A stretch of DNA of 64,000 nucleotides from Alphaproteobacteria bacterium (lineage in GTDB: Bacteria; Pseudomonadota; Alphaproteobacteria; MPNO01; UBA830), in contig OZ251539.1 of NCBI GenBank assembly GCA_965243135.1, positions 3,456,001 to 3,520,000 of the forward strand, read 5' to 3'. The notes under the pieces were generated by a model. The model saw only the letters and a list, made by a program, of their open reading frames with translations. It was not told the DNA's origin and searched no databases. Made by a program: the position numbers and the translations under genes. Shown here piece by piece: positions 19,819 to 29,489 of the stretch (the first letter of the stretch is position 1; each line of letters opens with the position of its first letter).

Positions 19819-21318
19819 GTGTTCGAAGCCTTGGGATCGGGCCTTTCCCTCCTCTTCACTTGGCAAGGTACGCTTTATCTGTGCCTCGGCGTCTTGGTAG
19901 GCCTTGTTTTCGGCGCGGTTCCGGGGCTGGGCGGCACCACGGCGATCGCGCTGCTCATGCCGCTCACCTTCGGAATGGAACCGTGGCTCGCGATCACGAT
20001 GATCGGCGGCGTGATGGGCGCGACATCGTTCGGCGGGTCGGTTTCCGCAATCCTTCTCAACACGCCCGGCATCGCGCCGAATGCGGCGACGTGTTTCGAC
20101 GGCTATCCGCTGGCGCAACAGGGCAAGGCCGGCATGGCGATCGGCGCGGCGGCAGCGGCATCGTCCACCGGCGGCCTGATCGGGATCTTCACGCTGATCG
20201 CGATCATTCCGATCGCCAAGCAGATCGTGCTGTCGTTCGGACCGCCGGAATTCTTCATGCTGGCCATGCTGGGACTCTCGGCCATCGCGGTATCGACCGG
20301 CGGCGCCTTTCTGCGCGGACTGATCAGCGCGCTGTTCGGGCTGATGCTCGCGTTGGTCGGTTACGACGCCGTAAGCGGAGGATACCGGTTCACGGCCGGC
20401 ATCGAATACCTCTACGACGGCATCCCTCTCGTGCCGACGCTGGTTGGCCTGTTCGCGCTTTCGGAGATGATCAACCTTACGGTCAAGGGCGGAACCGTCG
20501 CCTCGGCGGGGTCGTCGGGAGCGATTTCCGGCGTCTGGCCCGGGATCGTTTCGGTCTTCCGGAACTGGGCGATCCTCCTGCGAGGCTCGGCGATCGGCAC
20601 CTTCGTCGGCGCGTTGCCCGGCGTCGGGGGCACCGTCGCGTCGTTCCTCGCCTACACCGCGACCGTGCAGACGGCGAAGGACCGGGAAAGCTTCGGCAAA
20701 GGAAACATCAGAGGCGTGATCGCCCCCGAGTCGGCCAACAACGCCAAGGACGGGGGTTCGCTGATCCCGACCCTTTCCTTCGGCATTCCCGGCAGCGCAG
20801 AATCGGCGATCTTCCTCGGCGTGCTCATCCTGCACGGAATCGAGCCCGGCCCCATGCTGCTGCTCGAAGAAGAAGAAGTCGTCGTCAGCATCGTTCTCGC
20901 GCTCACGGCTTCCACCGTTCTCGCCTCGATTTTCGGACTCCTGGTCAGCCGCCAGCTGTCGATGATCACCTTGGTCGACGTCAACTTACTCGTGCCGGCC
21001 GTCGTCTCGGCCGCGCTCGTCGGAACCTACGCGCTGAAAGGCGAGTTCGGCGACGTGGCGCTGGCAACGATATTCGGCGTCGTGGGTTTCCTGATGATCC
21101 GCTTCGGGTTCCCGCGCATTACCCTGGTCATCGCCCTGGTTCTCGGCGAACTTGCGGAAAGAAGCTTCCATCAGTCGATCGCCATGGCCGACGGGGACTG
21201 GGCGGTGTTCTTCGTGCGCGAAATCTCCCTTCTCCTGTTCGTCGTGACGGCGTTCTGCCTTTTCCTCCCGGCGTTGCGCTACTTGCTCGCCCGCCGCCGC
21301 GAAGCCGGTCGTCGATGA
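19819..21318 (+). CDS. tctA: Tripartite tricarboxylate transporter permease TctA
   Basis: GAVPGLG, AILLNTPG, FDGYPLAQQG, APESANNA, GIPGS. Confidence 0.93.
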   Translation: MFEALGSGLSLLFTWQGTLYLCLGVLVGLVFGAVPGLGGTTAIALLMPLTFGMEPWLAITMIGGVMGATSFGGSVSAILLNTPGIAPNAATCFDGYPLAQQGKAGMAIGAAAAASSTGGLIGIFTLIAIIPIAKQIVLSFGPPEFFMLAMLGLSAIAVSTGGAFLRGLISALFGLMLALVGYDAVSGGYRFTAGIEYLYDGIPLVPTLVGLFALSEMINLTVKGGTVASAGSSGAISGVWPGIVSVFRNWAILLRGSAIGTFVGALPGVGGTVASFLAYTATVQTAKDRESFGKGNIRGVIAPESANNAKDGGSLIPTLSFGIPGSAESAIFLGVLILHGIEPGPMLLLEEEEVVVSIVLALTASTVLASIFGLLVSRQLSMITLVDVNLLVPAVVSAALVGTYALKGEFGDVALATIFGVVGFLMIRFGFPRITLVIALVLGELAERSFHQSIAMADGDWAVFFVREISLLLFVVTAFCLFLPALRYLLARRREAGRR

Positions 21319-21794
21319 ACGGCGCGCGTCTGGCTCCGGCCGCGGCCGTGACGGCGGCATCCTGCGCCTTCCTCGCGTGGAGTTACGCCTACGAAGGACG
21401 CGCCCACACCGTTCCGATGCTCGTGGGATGGTCGGCAGTGGCCCTCTCCCTTCTCGACATGCTCGCGCAGACGGACTCGCGCCCGGGACAGGTGTTGCGC
21501 GGCCTGCTTTCGGGACGTCCGCTCGACAGTTCGGCGGCGCCCGAGAGCGGAAGCGCGGCCGTCCCGGCGCTCGCCTGCGGCTGGATAGCGGCTTTCGTCG
21601 CGCTGGTCGCGGCGATCGGCTTCATCGCGGCCATACCGGTCTACGCGTTCGCCTTCATGCGCATCCAGGGCGGCCTCGGCTGGCGGCGTTGCGCCGTTTC
21701 GGCCGCCCTGATCACCGCGGTTACCTGGGTCGCGTTCGAACAGCTTCTGCGCTACCGGATTTTCGAAGGCGCGGCATTCGGCGGCCAGTTCTGA
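21315..21794 (+). CDS. tctB: Tripartite tricarboxylate transporter TctB family
   Basis: Small multi-TM protein with ATGA overlap after tctA; ends FEQLLRYRIFEG. Confidence 0.8.
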   Translation: MNGARLAPAAAVTAASCAFLAWSYAYEGRAHTVPMLVGWSAVALSLLDMLAQTDSRPGQVLRGLLSGRPLDSSAAPESGSAAVPALACGWIAAFVALVAAIGFIAAIPVYAFAFMRIQGGLGWRRCAVSAALITAVTWVAFEQLLRYRIFEGAAFGGQF

Positions 21795-21806
21795 GGGGGA
21801 GTCAAC

Positions 21807-22868
21807 ATGCCCATCGTCATCACCGACGACGACGCGCGCCGTCATCTGTCCATGCCGGAATGCATCGAAGCGATGCGGATATGCTTCCGCGATTTCGCCG
21901 AAGGAAAGGCCGTGAGTTTGCCGCGCGTAAGGTACACCGTGGATTCCGGCGAGCCCGGCCGGAGTTATTACGCCAACGTTCACGCCGGGGCGGCGCCGAG
22001 CTTCGGGATCGCCTGCGTCCGCGCCGGCAGCCACATGATCGACGACTCGGCATACGCCGGAAACCGCCGGTCCATGCGCAACCCGGAACCCTTCAACTGG
22101 TCCGTCGTCATCCTTTACGACATCAAGACCTCCGAACCCGCCGCCTTCCTGCACGAATCCGTCGTCAGCGGCATGCGGGTGGGCGCGACTTCGGGAGTCG
22201 CGATCGACGAGATCGCGCGCGAGGACGCAGCGGTGCTGGGCATTCTGGGAACGGGGCGCCAGGCGCGCGCCCACTGCGCGGCGATCTGCGCCGTGCGCCC
22301 GATCCGGGAGGTCCGGGCGTTCAGCCCGAACCCCGCGCACCTTAAGGCGTTCGTCGGAACGGCCGCTCCGCCGGGGGTCGAGATTTCCGCAGCGGCCGAC
22401 GCCCGGACAGCGGTCGAGGGCGCGGACATCGTCTGCTGCGCGACCAACACGACGGAACCCGTGCTGTTCGGAGAGTGGCTTCGCGACGGTCAGACCGTCA
22501 TGTCGATCGCGAATTCCGATCCCACCGTCACGAGGCGGGAAGTGGACGAGGCAACCTTCGCGCGCGCCTCGGACATCGTGATCCACGATTGGGACAGCGT
22601 TCACGCCAACAACCAGATCGAGCTCCTCGAGCCGATCGAAGCCGGTCTCGTCGACCGCGCGTGCGTGCATCTCCTGAGCGATGTCGTGGCGGGCGGCGCG
22701 GCCGTTCGATGGCGCCCCGACGGCATTGTCTACTACAAGAGCAACACGGGACTTGCGATGCAGTTCGCGGCGGCCGGCGCGATCCTCCTTCGCAAGCTCC
22801 GGGAAGCCGGAACCAATCGCGTCATTCCGCGCGAGTGGCTGGCGAGCGAGCAATACGGAATCGGGTGA
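21807..22868 (+). CDS. Ornithine cyclodeaminase/mu-crystallin family protein
   Basis: MRVGATSG, LGTGRQA, CATNT, GLAMQFAAAG. Confidence 0.88.
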   Translation: MPIVITDDDARRHLSMPECIEAMRICFRDFAEGKAVSLPRVRYTVDSGEPGRSYYANVHAGAAPSFGIACVRAGSHMIDDSAYAGNRRSMRNPEPFNWSVVILYDIKTSEPAAFLHESVVSGMRVGATSGVAIDEIAREDAAVLGILGTGRQARAHCAAICAVRPIREVRAFSPNPAHLKAFVGTAAPPGVEISAAADARTAVEGADIVCCATNTTEPVLFGEWLRDGQTVMSIANSDPTVTRREVDEATFARASDIVIHDWDSVHANNQIELLEPIEAGLVDRACVHLLSDVVAGGAAVRWRPDGIVYYKSNTGLAMQFAAAGAILLRKLREAGTNRVIPREWLASEQYGIG

Positions 22869-22950
22869 CCTGCATCTCGTCAAAAACGGCCTTTCAGGCC
22901 CTGCGCCGCGCTTTACCGCAAAGGCAGAGTCGACAGGACGCTTTCGAAAA

Positions 22951-22982
22951 AGCCTTGACAAGGCTAATTTTGAGACTATATA
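22951..22982 (+). promoter_or_regulatory. sigma70-like promoter with a perfect palindrome over the -35
   Basis: AGCCTTG-A-CAAGGCT (22951-22965) contains TTGACA; TATATA 16 nt downstream. Confidence 0.5.
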
Positions 22983-23043
22983 CGCGGATACTTCGAATAA
23001 GTTCAACGCTCTTAATTGAAAAACCAAGCGGCATACGTCGCCA

Positions 23044-23546
23044 ATGACAGATGGATCCCTCAAGGGCTTTGTAGATGTTGCACTTGCTTCGACAAAATCT
23101 CTTGAGGGAATCCCCTCATGGGAAAAGGGCACAAGGAGTCATGGTTAGTCTGGGTGGTTCTGGTAGAAGGACGGAGCGCAAAGTGCGTACTGACGGCAAC
23201 GGCCTATCCGGAAACGGTCGAAGGGCGCTTTACGATTTCCTTGGTCGTGAAGCATGGTTGCGTTTGGAGGTTGGATTACGACCCAATAGACACCGTACAC
23301 GTTAATCCTCTTGATCGATTAAGAATATCCGGACTTCCCCCGCATGTCAGAGGACAGCATTTTCATTCCTGGGAAGATAATTCTTATCTTTCTTCTAAAG
23401 CAAGGTTGCCGGATCGACTGCATTGCGCAAGAGAATTGCCTGTAAACGTTCGCGGTTGGGAAAATTCGTTCCGATGGTTCTGCGGACAAACGAAATCTCC
23501 AACTGAAATACCTTCTTACCCACCGCGAGAGGAGTTGTTCCAATGA
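23044..23546 (+). CDS. Hypothetical His-motif protein (DUF6978-like), possibly frameshifted near 23120-23145
   Basis: ORF 23118-23546 has HVNP...GQHFHSWEDN; an upstream out-of-frame ORF from 23044 (MTDGSLKGFVDVALASTKSLEGIPSW) looks like its missing N-terminus. Confidence 0.55.
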
Positions 23547-24301
23547 ACCCGGATCTTCTCGGAACCGAACGCTTTCTGAACACGGCCCAAGAGCGTTGGC
23601 GTTTAGACGGCCGCGCGGCGGTCGCGACGCATTGCCTGTATCCTTCCAATCAGACCGTAACGGTTTATGTTTCGGGAGGCAAAAATGAAATAATGGTGAG
23701 CGACGGCGGCGGCTCCGTCGACGTATTGACCCTTCACGGCTGCAATATTCCGAACATGGATAAGTTCCTGGGTCGTTTCTGTCGCCCAAAAGGACTCAAA
23801 GTGAAGAACGGCGAAATATACACCCCTCTTCTGCCTATCGATGCACTTCAAGCAGCCGTGGTAATGGTGGCGAACGCCTCGGCCGCAGCTGCCAATCATG
23901 GCGTAAGTCAGAAGAAAAATACCTCGCATCGCGAAGATCGAAGCATTCGAGGGAAAATCCATAAAATGTTGGAAGACCGCTGGGAAAAACAAGTGGAAAC
24001 GCGTAGACATTTGGTAGGGAAAAGCAATAGAAAGTACCGCGTAGACCACGTCGTATATCTTAGTTCGGATACGATGTTGGTTGTCGACTTCGTCACCCCG
24101 AATCCTGCCACGATCAACTCGAAAGCTGTGGCGCATTGGGATTTGGGATTGTCGGACGACGGTCATTTTCTTCAGAATATCGTTTACGATAACGATCAAG
24201 AATGGGAATCGGCCAATCTTAACGTCCTTCAGACCGTGGCGACGCTCACCCCGTTTTCCAATTTCGATTCCTGCCTTTCCCGCATTCAAGACACGCACTG
24301 A
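23543..24301 (+). CDS. Hypothetical protein (DUF1828/DUF1829-like)
   Basis: THCLYPSN..V.VYV, VSDGG, GKSNRKYRVD; ATGA overlap with the upstream gene; AT-richer. Confidence 0.6.
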   Translation: MNPDLLGTERFLNTAQERWRLDGRAAVATHCLYPSNQTVTVYVSGGKNEIMVSDGGGSVDVLTLHGCNIPNMDKFLGRFCRPKGLKVKNGEIYTPLLPIDALQAAVVMVANASAAAANHGVSQKKNTSHREDRSIRGKIHKMLEDRWEKQVETRRHLVGKSNRKYRVDHVVYLSSDTMLVVDFVTPNPATINSKAVAHWDLGLSDDGHFLQNIVYDNDQEWESANLNVLQTVATLTPFSNFDSCLSRIQDTH

Positions 24302-24505
24302 CCCGTTATGACGATTCTTGAGTTAACGCGATTCGCTCATGAGCGTTCTCCAGGGTTCGCAGACGAGACCGCCGAACCGGGGCCGCGATATCGTCGGCAG
24401 CTTCGGCCCGACGGAAAGATCTCCCGTCGAACGGTAGCGTTGGTGCGCCGGCGCGGATGCCGGGGGTCCGCGCAACGTTCGACGAAGCGCTGAGGAGAAA
24501 GGATC

Positions 24506-25348
24506 GTGGCTCGCGGCAACGCCGATCAGATCGACTTCTGGAACGGAAATCAGGGAGAGGCCTGGGCGCGCCGGACCGCGGCGGTCGACACGGCGTTCGC
24601 CGAGCTTACGGACGCGCTTCTCGAGGCGGCGGCGATCGGTTCCGGCGACCGGGTTCTCGATCTCGGATGCGGCGGCGGCGGATCCATGGCGGCGATCGCG
24701 GAACGCGTCGGCCCCGTCGGCGCCGTGACCGCCATCGACGTCTCCGCTCCGATGATCGCCGTCGCGCGGCGCCGCGCGGAGAAACTGACCAACGCGACCG
24801 TCGTCATGGCCGACGCGGCGACCTATCCGTTCGCCGCCGCTTCCTTCGACGCGCTGATTTCCCGGCTCGGAGCGATGTTCTTCGACGACCCGATTTCGGC
24901 CTTCGCGCCGCTGCGCGGCGCCATGGCGGCGAACGGCCGCATCGCACTCGGCGTCTGGCGCCAGCCCCGGGAAAATCCCTGGGCCATGGAGCCCATCTCG
25001 GCCGCCCGGCCGTACGTCGACATGCCGCCGCGGCCGGATCCGGAAACGCCCGGTCCGTTCTCGTTCGCGGATCCGGACCGCGTCCGCCGCCTCCTCGGCG
25101 CGGCGGGCTTCGGAGACGTCGCTCTCGCGCCGCTCGACCTGTCTCTGCTCTTCGGCGACAGCGTCGACGAGGCTCTGGACTTCGTCGTCGGAGTCGGACC
25201 TCTTGCCGGGCCGCTCTCCGAAACCGCCGGAGAGAGGCGCCGCCGGGCCATCGACGCCATCAAGGACGTTCTCGCGGCGAACGCGGACGGCGACGGCGCC
25301 GTTCGGCTGGGCGGCGCCTGCTGGATCGTCACCGCGAAGGCGCCGTAA
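24506..25348 (+). CDS. Class I SAM-dependent methyltransferase
   Basis: NADQIDFWNG, VLDLGCGGG, SRLGAMFFDDP, PGPFSFADP. Confidence 0.9.
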   Translation: MARGNADQIDFWNGNQGEAWARRTAAVDTAFAELTDALLEAAAIGSGDRVLDLGCGGGGSMAAIAERVGPVGAVTAIDVSAPMIAVARRRAEKLTNATVVMADAATYPFAAASFDALISRLGAMFFDDPISAFAPLRGAMAANGRIALGVWRQPRENPWAMEPISAARPYVDMPPRPDPETPGPFSFADPDRVRRLLGAAGFGDVALAPLDLSLLFGDSVDEALDFVVGVGPLAGPLSETAGERRRRAIDAIKDVLAANADGDGAVRLGGACWIVTAKAP

Positions 25349-25973
25349 AGGGAAGCGCCTCCACGGGAACCGGATCGGCGAGGCGCTTCAGGACCACGCA
25401 GCTCTCGGCAAGTCCGACGGCGCTGTCGGGCGTTTCGCTGATTACGATCCTTTCGACCGCGACGCCGAAGGCGCGTACGGCCTCGACAGCGGTCAACATG
25501 TGGCTCAGCCCGCCGAGATAGCTGCCGCCCACGAGGACGACCGGGACGTCCACCGCGGCGATCAGATCGCGCATCGTGCGAGCCTCGTCCAGCGGCGCCA
25601 TGACGCCGCCGACGCCCTCGATCAGAAGCCGCCCGCCGCCCTCGGCAGCTCGCGCGGCCTCGCGGCAAAACGAGACGATTTCGTCGTAGGGGACCGCCCG
25701 CCCCTCCCGCGCCGCCGCCATGTCGGGCGACAGCGGCGCGGCGTAGCGCCAGGGAGAGACCCGCGCGACGTTCTCCTGCGAGACGCTTTCTCCCAGCGCG
25801 GCGAGCAGGCGGCCGGTGTCGGAGCTCTCCGGATCGCGCGGATCGAACCCGCTGATGACCGGCTTCAGGGCGCCGACGCTCTCGCCCGCTTCCCGCCATT
25901 CGCGTATGAGCCGCTCGGCGACGTGCGTCTTGCCGACTCCGGTGCCGGAACCGCTGACGAAAAGCGCGGACAC
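25329..25973 (-). CDS. bioD: Dethiobiotin synthase
   Basis: FVSGSGTGVGKT, KPVISG, LSPDMAA, IEGVGG. Confidence 0.93.
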   Translation of the reverse strand: MSALFVSGSGTGVGKTHVAERLIREWREAGESVGALKPVISGFDPRDPESSDTGRLLAALGESVSQENVARVSPWRYAAPLSPDMAAAREGRAVPYDEIVSFCREAARAAEGGGRLLIEGVGGVMAPLDEARTMRDLIAAVDVPVVLVGGSYLGGLSHMLTAVEAVRAFGVAVERIVISETPDSAVGLAESCVVLKRLADPVPVEALPFTAPSR

Positions 25974-25974
25974 G

Positions 25975-27153
25975 TCACGCGGCCCGCGGCGGAACGCCGT
26001 TTCCGGCCGCGGGCAGGCCGAGGACCGCCTCCGCCAACCGGTCCACGTCTTCGTCGGCATGCGCGGCCGTGAAGGTGAATCGGAGGCGGGACGTGCCTGC
26101 GGGAACCGTCGGCGGCCGAATGGGCGCGACCAGGAAGCCGGCCTCTTCCAGCGCGGACGACGCCGAGAGCGCGGCGGCCTCGTCGCCGAGCACCAGCGGG
26201 ACGATGGGACTCTCGGGGGCGTCGAGGCCGGCGCGCGCGCAGAATCGCCGCGCCTGCCGCAGGGGCGCGGCGACGCGCTCCGGCTCGGACAGGACGATAT
26301 CGACCGCGGCGATGGCGGCCGCCACGACCGCGGGCGGCAGCCCCGTCGTATAGACCAGGCTGCGCGCCCGATTCTGAACGAAAGCGATCACCGGGGCGCT
26401 GGCGCACAGGAAGCCGCCGTAGCCTCCCAACGCTTTGGACAGCGTGCCGATCTGGAGCGGAATGTCCGGCGGCGGATCGTGCTCGAAGGCGGCGCCGCGT
26501 CCGCCGCCCAACACCCCGAAGCCGTGCGCGTCGTCCACGAGAAGCCAGGCGTCGCGCTCGGACGCGACCCGCGCCAGCGCGTCGAGCGGCGCGCGGTCGC
26601 CGTCCATGCTGAACACGCCCTCGGTCGCGATCAGGCAATGGCGGTATTTCGCCCTTTCCGCGGCGAGGATCGCGGCGCAATCCGCGGCGTCGTTGTGCGC
26701 GAACAAGGCCGTCTCGGCGCGGCTCGCGCGCGCTCCCATGTGCAGGGAGGCGTGGCCGAGGGCGTCGATCAGCACGAGGTCGCCCGGTCCCGCCAGCGCC
26801 GGAATGACCCCGGTATTGGCGAGATAGCCGCTGCCGAAGACGCAGGCCGCCTCGGTCTCCTTGACGCCGGCAAGCCGGCGCTCGAGTTCGCCGTAAAGCG
26901 GGTGGTTGCCGGTGACCAGCCGCGACGCGCCCGCTCCGGCGCCGTAGGCGTCGAGAGCGGTCCTGGCCGCCGCGGTCAGCCGGGGATCCTGCGCCAGATC
27001 CAGATAGTCGTTGCAACAGAAGGAAATCAGCTCGCCGCCGTCGCGGCCCAGGCGGGACCCGCCCATGCGGCGCGAGTCGCGCAGGACCCGCTTCAGGCCC
27101 TGCGCCGCCATGAGATCCAGCTTCGCGTTCGCGAACCGGTTCAGCGTCGTCAT
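25975..27153 (-). CDS. bioF: 8-amino-7-oxononanoate synthase
   Basis: [36 protein letters not shown]. Confidence 0.95.
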   Translation of the reverse strand: MTTLNRFANAKLDLMAAQGLKRVLRDSRRMGGSRLGRDGGELISFCCNDYLDLAQDPRLTAAARTALDAYGAGAGASRLVTGNHPLYGELERRLAGVKETEAACVFGSGYLANTGVIPALAGPGDLVLIDALGHASLHMGARASRAETALFAHNDAADCAAILAAERAKYRHCLIATEGVFSMDGDRAPLDALARVASERDAWLLVDDAHGFGVLGGGRGAAFEHDPPPDIPLQIGTLSKALGGYGGFLCASAPVIAFVQNRARSLVYTTGLPPAVVAAAIAAVDIVLSEPERVAAPLRQARRFCARAGLDAPESPIVPLVLGDEAAALSASSALEEAGFLVAPIRPPTVPAGTSRLRFTFTAAHADEDVDRLAEAVLGLPAAGNGVPPRAA

Positions 27154-27239
27154 TCCCGTCTCCGGCCGTTTCGCCCAGACCGGAAACAATCTACTATAGG
27201 TTTTCGGCAAGTCAGCCTCGAAAGGGACCGCGAACCGGC

Positions 27240-28199
27240 ATGACGACAGCCCGCCTCGGCGAGATCCGCTGCGACTGGACGCAGGCGGAGGCGCGGACGC
27301 TCGTCGGCGCGCCGCTCTGCGATCTGGTCCACGCCGCGCAAACCGTTCACCGGCGTTTTTTCGATCCGAACGAAATCCAGCTTTCGACGCTGCTCAACAT
27401 CAAGGCGGGGGGCTGTCCGGAAGACTGCGCCTACTGCCCGCAGAGCGCCCGGCACGACGCCAGCGTGGAAGCCGGCAAGCTGATGGATCTGGACGCGGTG
27501 CGCGCGGCGGCGCTGAGGGCGAAGGACGCCGGCTCGACCAGATTCTGCATGGGCGCGGCCTGGCGCGGGCCGAAGGATCGCGATCTGGACGCGGTGTGCG
27601 AGATGATCCGCGAGGTGGCGGCGCTCGGCATGGAAACCTGCGTCACCCTCGGCCTCCTCGAGGACGGGCAGGCGGAACGCCTCAAGGAGGCGGGGCTGGA
27701 CTACTACAACCACAACATCGACACTTCGGAAGCGTTCTACGGAGAAATCGTCACCACCCGCCGCTTCGGCGACCGCCTGGACACCCTTGGCCGCGTGCGC
27801 GGCGCCGGGATCTCGGTCTGCTGCGGCGGCATTCTCGGGATGGGCGAGAGCCGCGAGGACCGCGCCGACATGTTGCGGACTCTGGCGACGTTGCCGGAAC
27901 ATCCGCAAAGCGTCCCCATCAACATGCTGGTCGCCGCGCCGGGCACGCCGCTCGCCGCCGCGCCGCCGCTCGATCCGCTCGAGCTCGTTCGAGCGGTCGC
28001 CGCCGCCCGCATAATGATGCCGCGATCGGTCGTGCGGCTTTCCGCCGGCCGCATGCGGATGGACGCCGCGACGCAAGCGCTTTGCTTCCTTTCGGGAGCC
28101 AACTCCATCTTCTGCGGCGACGCCCTGCTCACGACCCCCAATCCCGGACGGAACGCCGACCGCGACCTGTTCGAGCGGCTCGGCCTCGCGACCGGTTGA
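27240..28199 (+). CDS. bioB: Biotin synthase
   Basis: [36 protein letters not shown]. Confidence 0.97.
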   Translation: MTTARLGEIRCDWTQAEARTLVGAPLCDLVHAAQTVHRRFFDPNEIQLSTLLNIKAGGCPEDCAYCPQSARHDASVEAGKLMDLDAVRAAALRAKDAGSTRFCMGAAWRGPKDRDLDAVCEMIREVAALGMETCVTLGLLEDGQAERLKEAGLDYYNHNIDTSEAFYGEIVTTRRFGDRLDTLGRVRGAGISVCCGGILGMGESREDRADMLRTLATLPEHPQSVPINMLVAAPGTPLAAAPPLDPLELVRAVAAARIMMPRSVVRLSAGRMRMDAATQALCFLSGANSIFCGDALLTTPNPGRNADRDLFERLGLATG

Positions 28200-28207
28200 C
28201 GCGGCGG

Positions 28208-29455
28208 ATGCCGACGCCGCATCTCTGGCTGCCCTATACGCAGATGCGCAACGCGCGCTCGCCCCTGCGGGCGGCGCGCACGGAGGGTTCGCGCATCGTG
28301 CTCGAAGACGGCCGGCGGTTGATCGACGCCGTCTCCTCATGGTGGACGGCATGCCACGGATACAACCATCCGCACGTCGCCGAAGCCATCGAACGGCAGC
28401 TCCGCGACATGCCGCACGTCATGTTCGGCGGGCTCGTCCACGCGCCCGCGGAACGCCTCGCCGAGCGCCTCTCGGCGCTGCTGCCGGGGTCGCTCGAACG
28501 CGTGTTCTTCTCGGATTCGGGGTCCGTCGCGGTCGAAGTCGCCATGAAAATGGCCGTCCAGTTCCGGATCAACCGCGGCGAGCGCGGCCGAGCGCGCTTC
28601 GTCTGCTTCCGGCACGGCTATCACGGCGACACCATGGCCGCCATGTCGGTCGCCGACCCCGAGGAAGGCATGCACGCCCTGTTCCGGGGATACCTGCCGC
28701 GGCAGATCGTCGCGGAGCTGCCGCGCGACGAGGCGTCGCGCGGCGCGCTGCGCGACGCGCTGTCCGCCCGCGACGTCGCCGGCGTCGTCGTCGAACCGCT
28801 GGTGCAGTGCGCGGGAGGAATGAAAATTCACGAACCGGATACGCTGCGCGCCGTCGCCGACGCCGCGCGCGAGGCAGGCGCGCTTTTGATCGTCGACGAG
28901 ATCGCCACGGGGTTCGGACGAACCGGCAGCATGTTCGCGATCGAACAGGCCGGCGTCGAACCCGACATCGTATGCCTCGGCAAGGCGTTGACGGGCGGAA
29001 CCGTCAGCCTCGCCGCCACGGTCGCCACGCGCGAGGTGTTCGAGGCGTTCCTGTCGGACGACCCCGATTCGGCGCTCATGCACGGACCGACCTACATGGC
29101 GAATCCGCTCGCCTGCGCCGCCGCCAACGCCTCGCTCGATCTCTTCGAATCCGAACCCCGCCTCCGGCAGGTGGCCGGCATCGAAAGGCGGCTCAGGGAC
29201 GCCCTGCCTCCGCTCGCGGCGATTCCCGGCGTGACCGGCGTGCGGACGAAAGGCGCGATCGGCGTCGTCGAGGTGGAGGAACTGCACGATCTCGACCGCC
29301 TCAAGGCCGCCTTCGTCGATGCGGGCGTATGGCTGCGGCCGTTCGGAAACGTCGTCTACGCCATGCCGCCCTTCACCGTGTCGGACGACGAACTGTCGGC
29401 GATCACCGGCGCGATCGCCGACGTTCTCCCGCGCTGGGCCGACCGCAGCCTGTAG
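28208..29455 (+). CDS. bioA: Adenosylmethionine-8-amino-7-oxononanoate transaminase
   Basis: [38 protein letters not shown]. Confidence 0.96.
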   Translation: MPTPHLWLPYTQMRNARSPLRAARTEGSRIVLEDGRRLIDAVSSWWTACHGYNHPHVAEAIERQLRDMPHVMFGGLVHAPAERLAERLSALLPGSLERVFFSDSGSVAVEVAMKMAVQFRINRGERGRARFVCFRHGYHGDTMAAMSVADPEEGMHALFRGYLPRQIVAELPRDEASRGALRDALSARDVAGVVVEPLVQCAGGMKIHEPDTLRAVADAAREAGALLIVDEIATGFGRTGSMFAIEQAGVEPDIVCLGKALTGGTVSLAATVATREVFEAFLSDDPDSALMHGPTYMANPLACAAANASLDLFESEPRLRQVAGIERRLRDALPPLAAIPGVTGVRTKGAIGVVEVEELHDLDRLKAAFVDAGVWLRPFGNVVYAMPPFTVSDDELSAITGAIADVLPRWADRSL

Positions 29456-29489
29456 CGCGTCGCAGGCCCGCGCCCGGCCGCGGACTCGT

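Noticed and set aside
24506-25348. bioC
   Set aside because: Convergent to the bio genes and has generic class I methyltransferase motifs rather than BioC-like features.
27154-27239. BioR/BirA operator between bioF and bioB
   Set aside because: Only a weak imperfect palindrome (AATCTA-cta-TAGGTT); it does not match TTATMKATAA or the BirA consensus.
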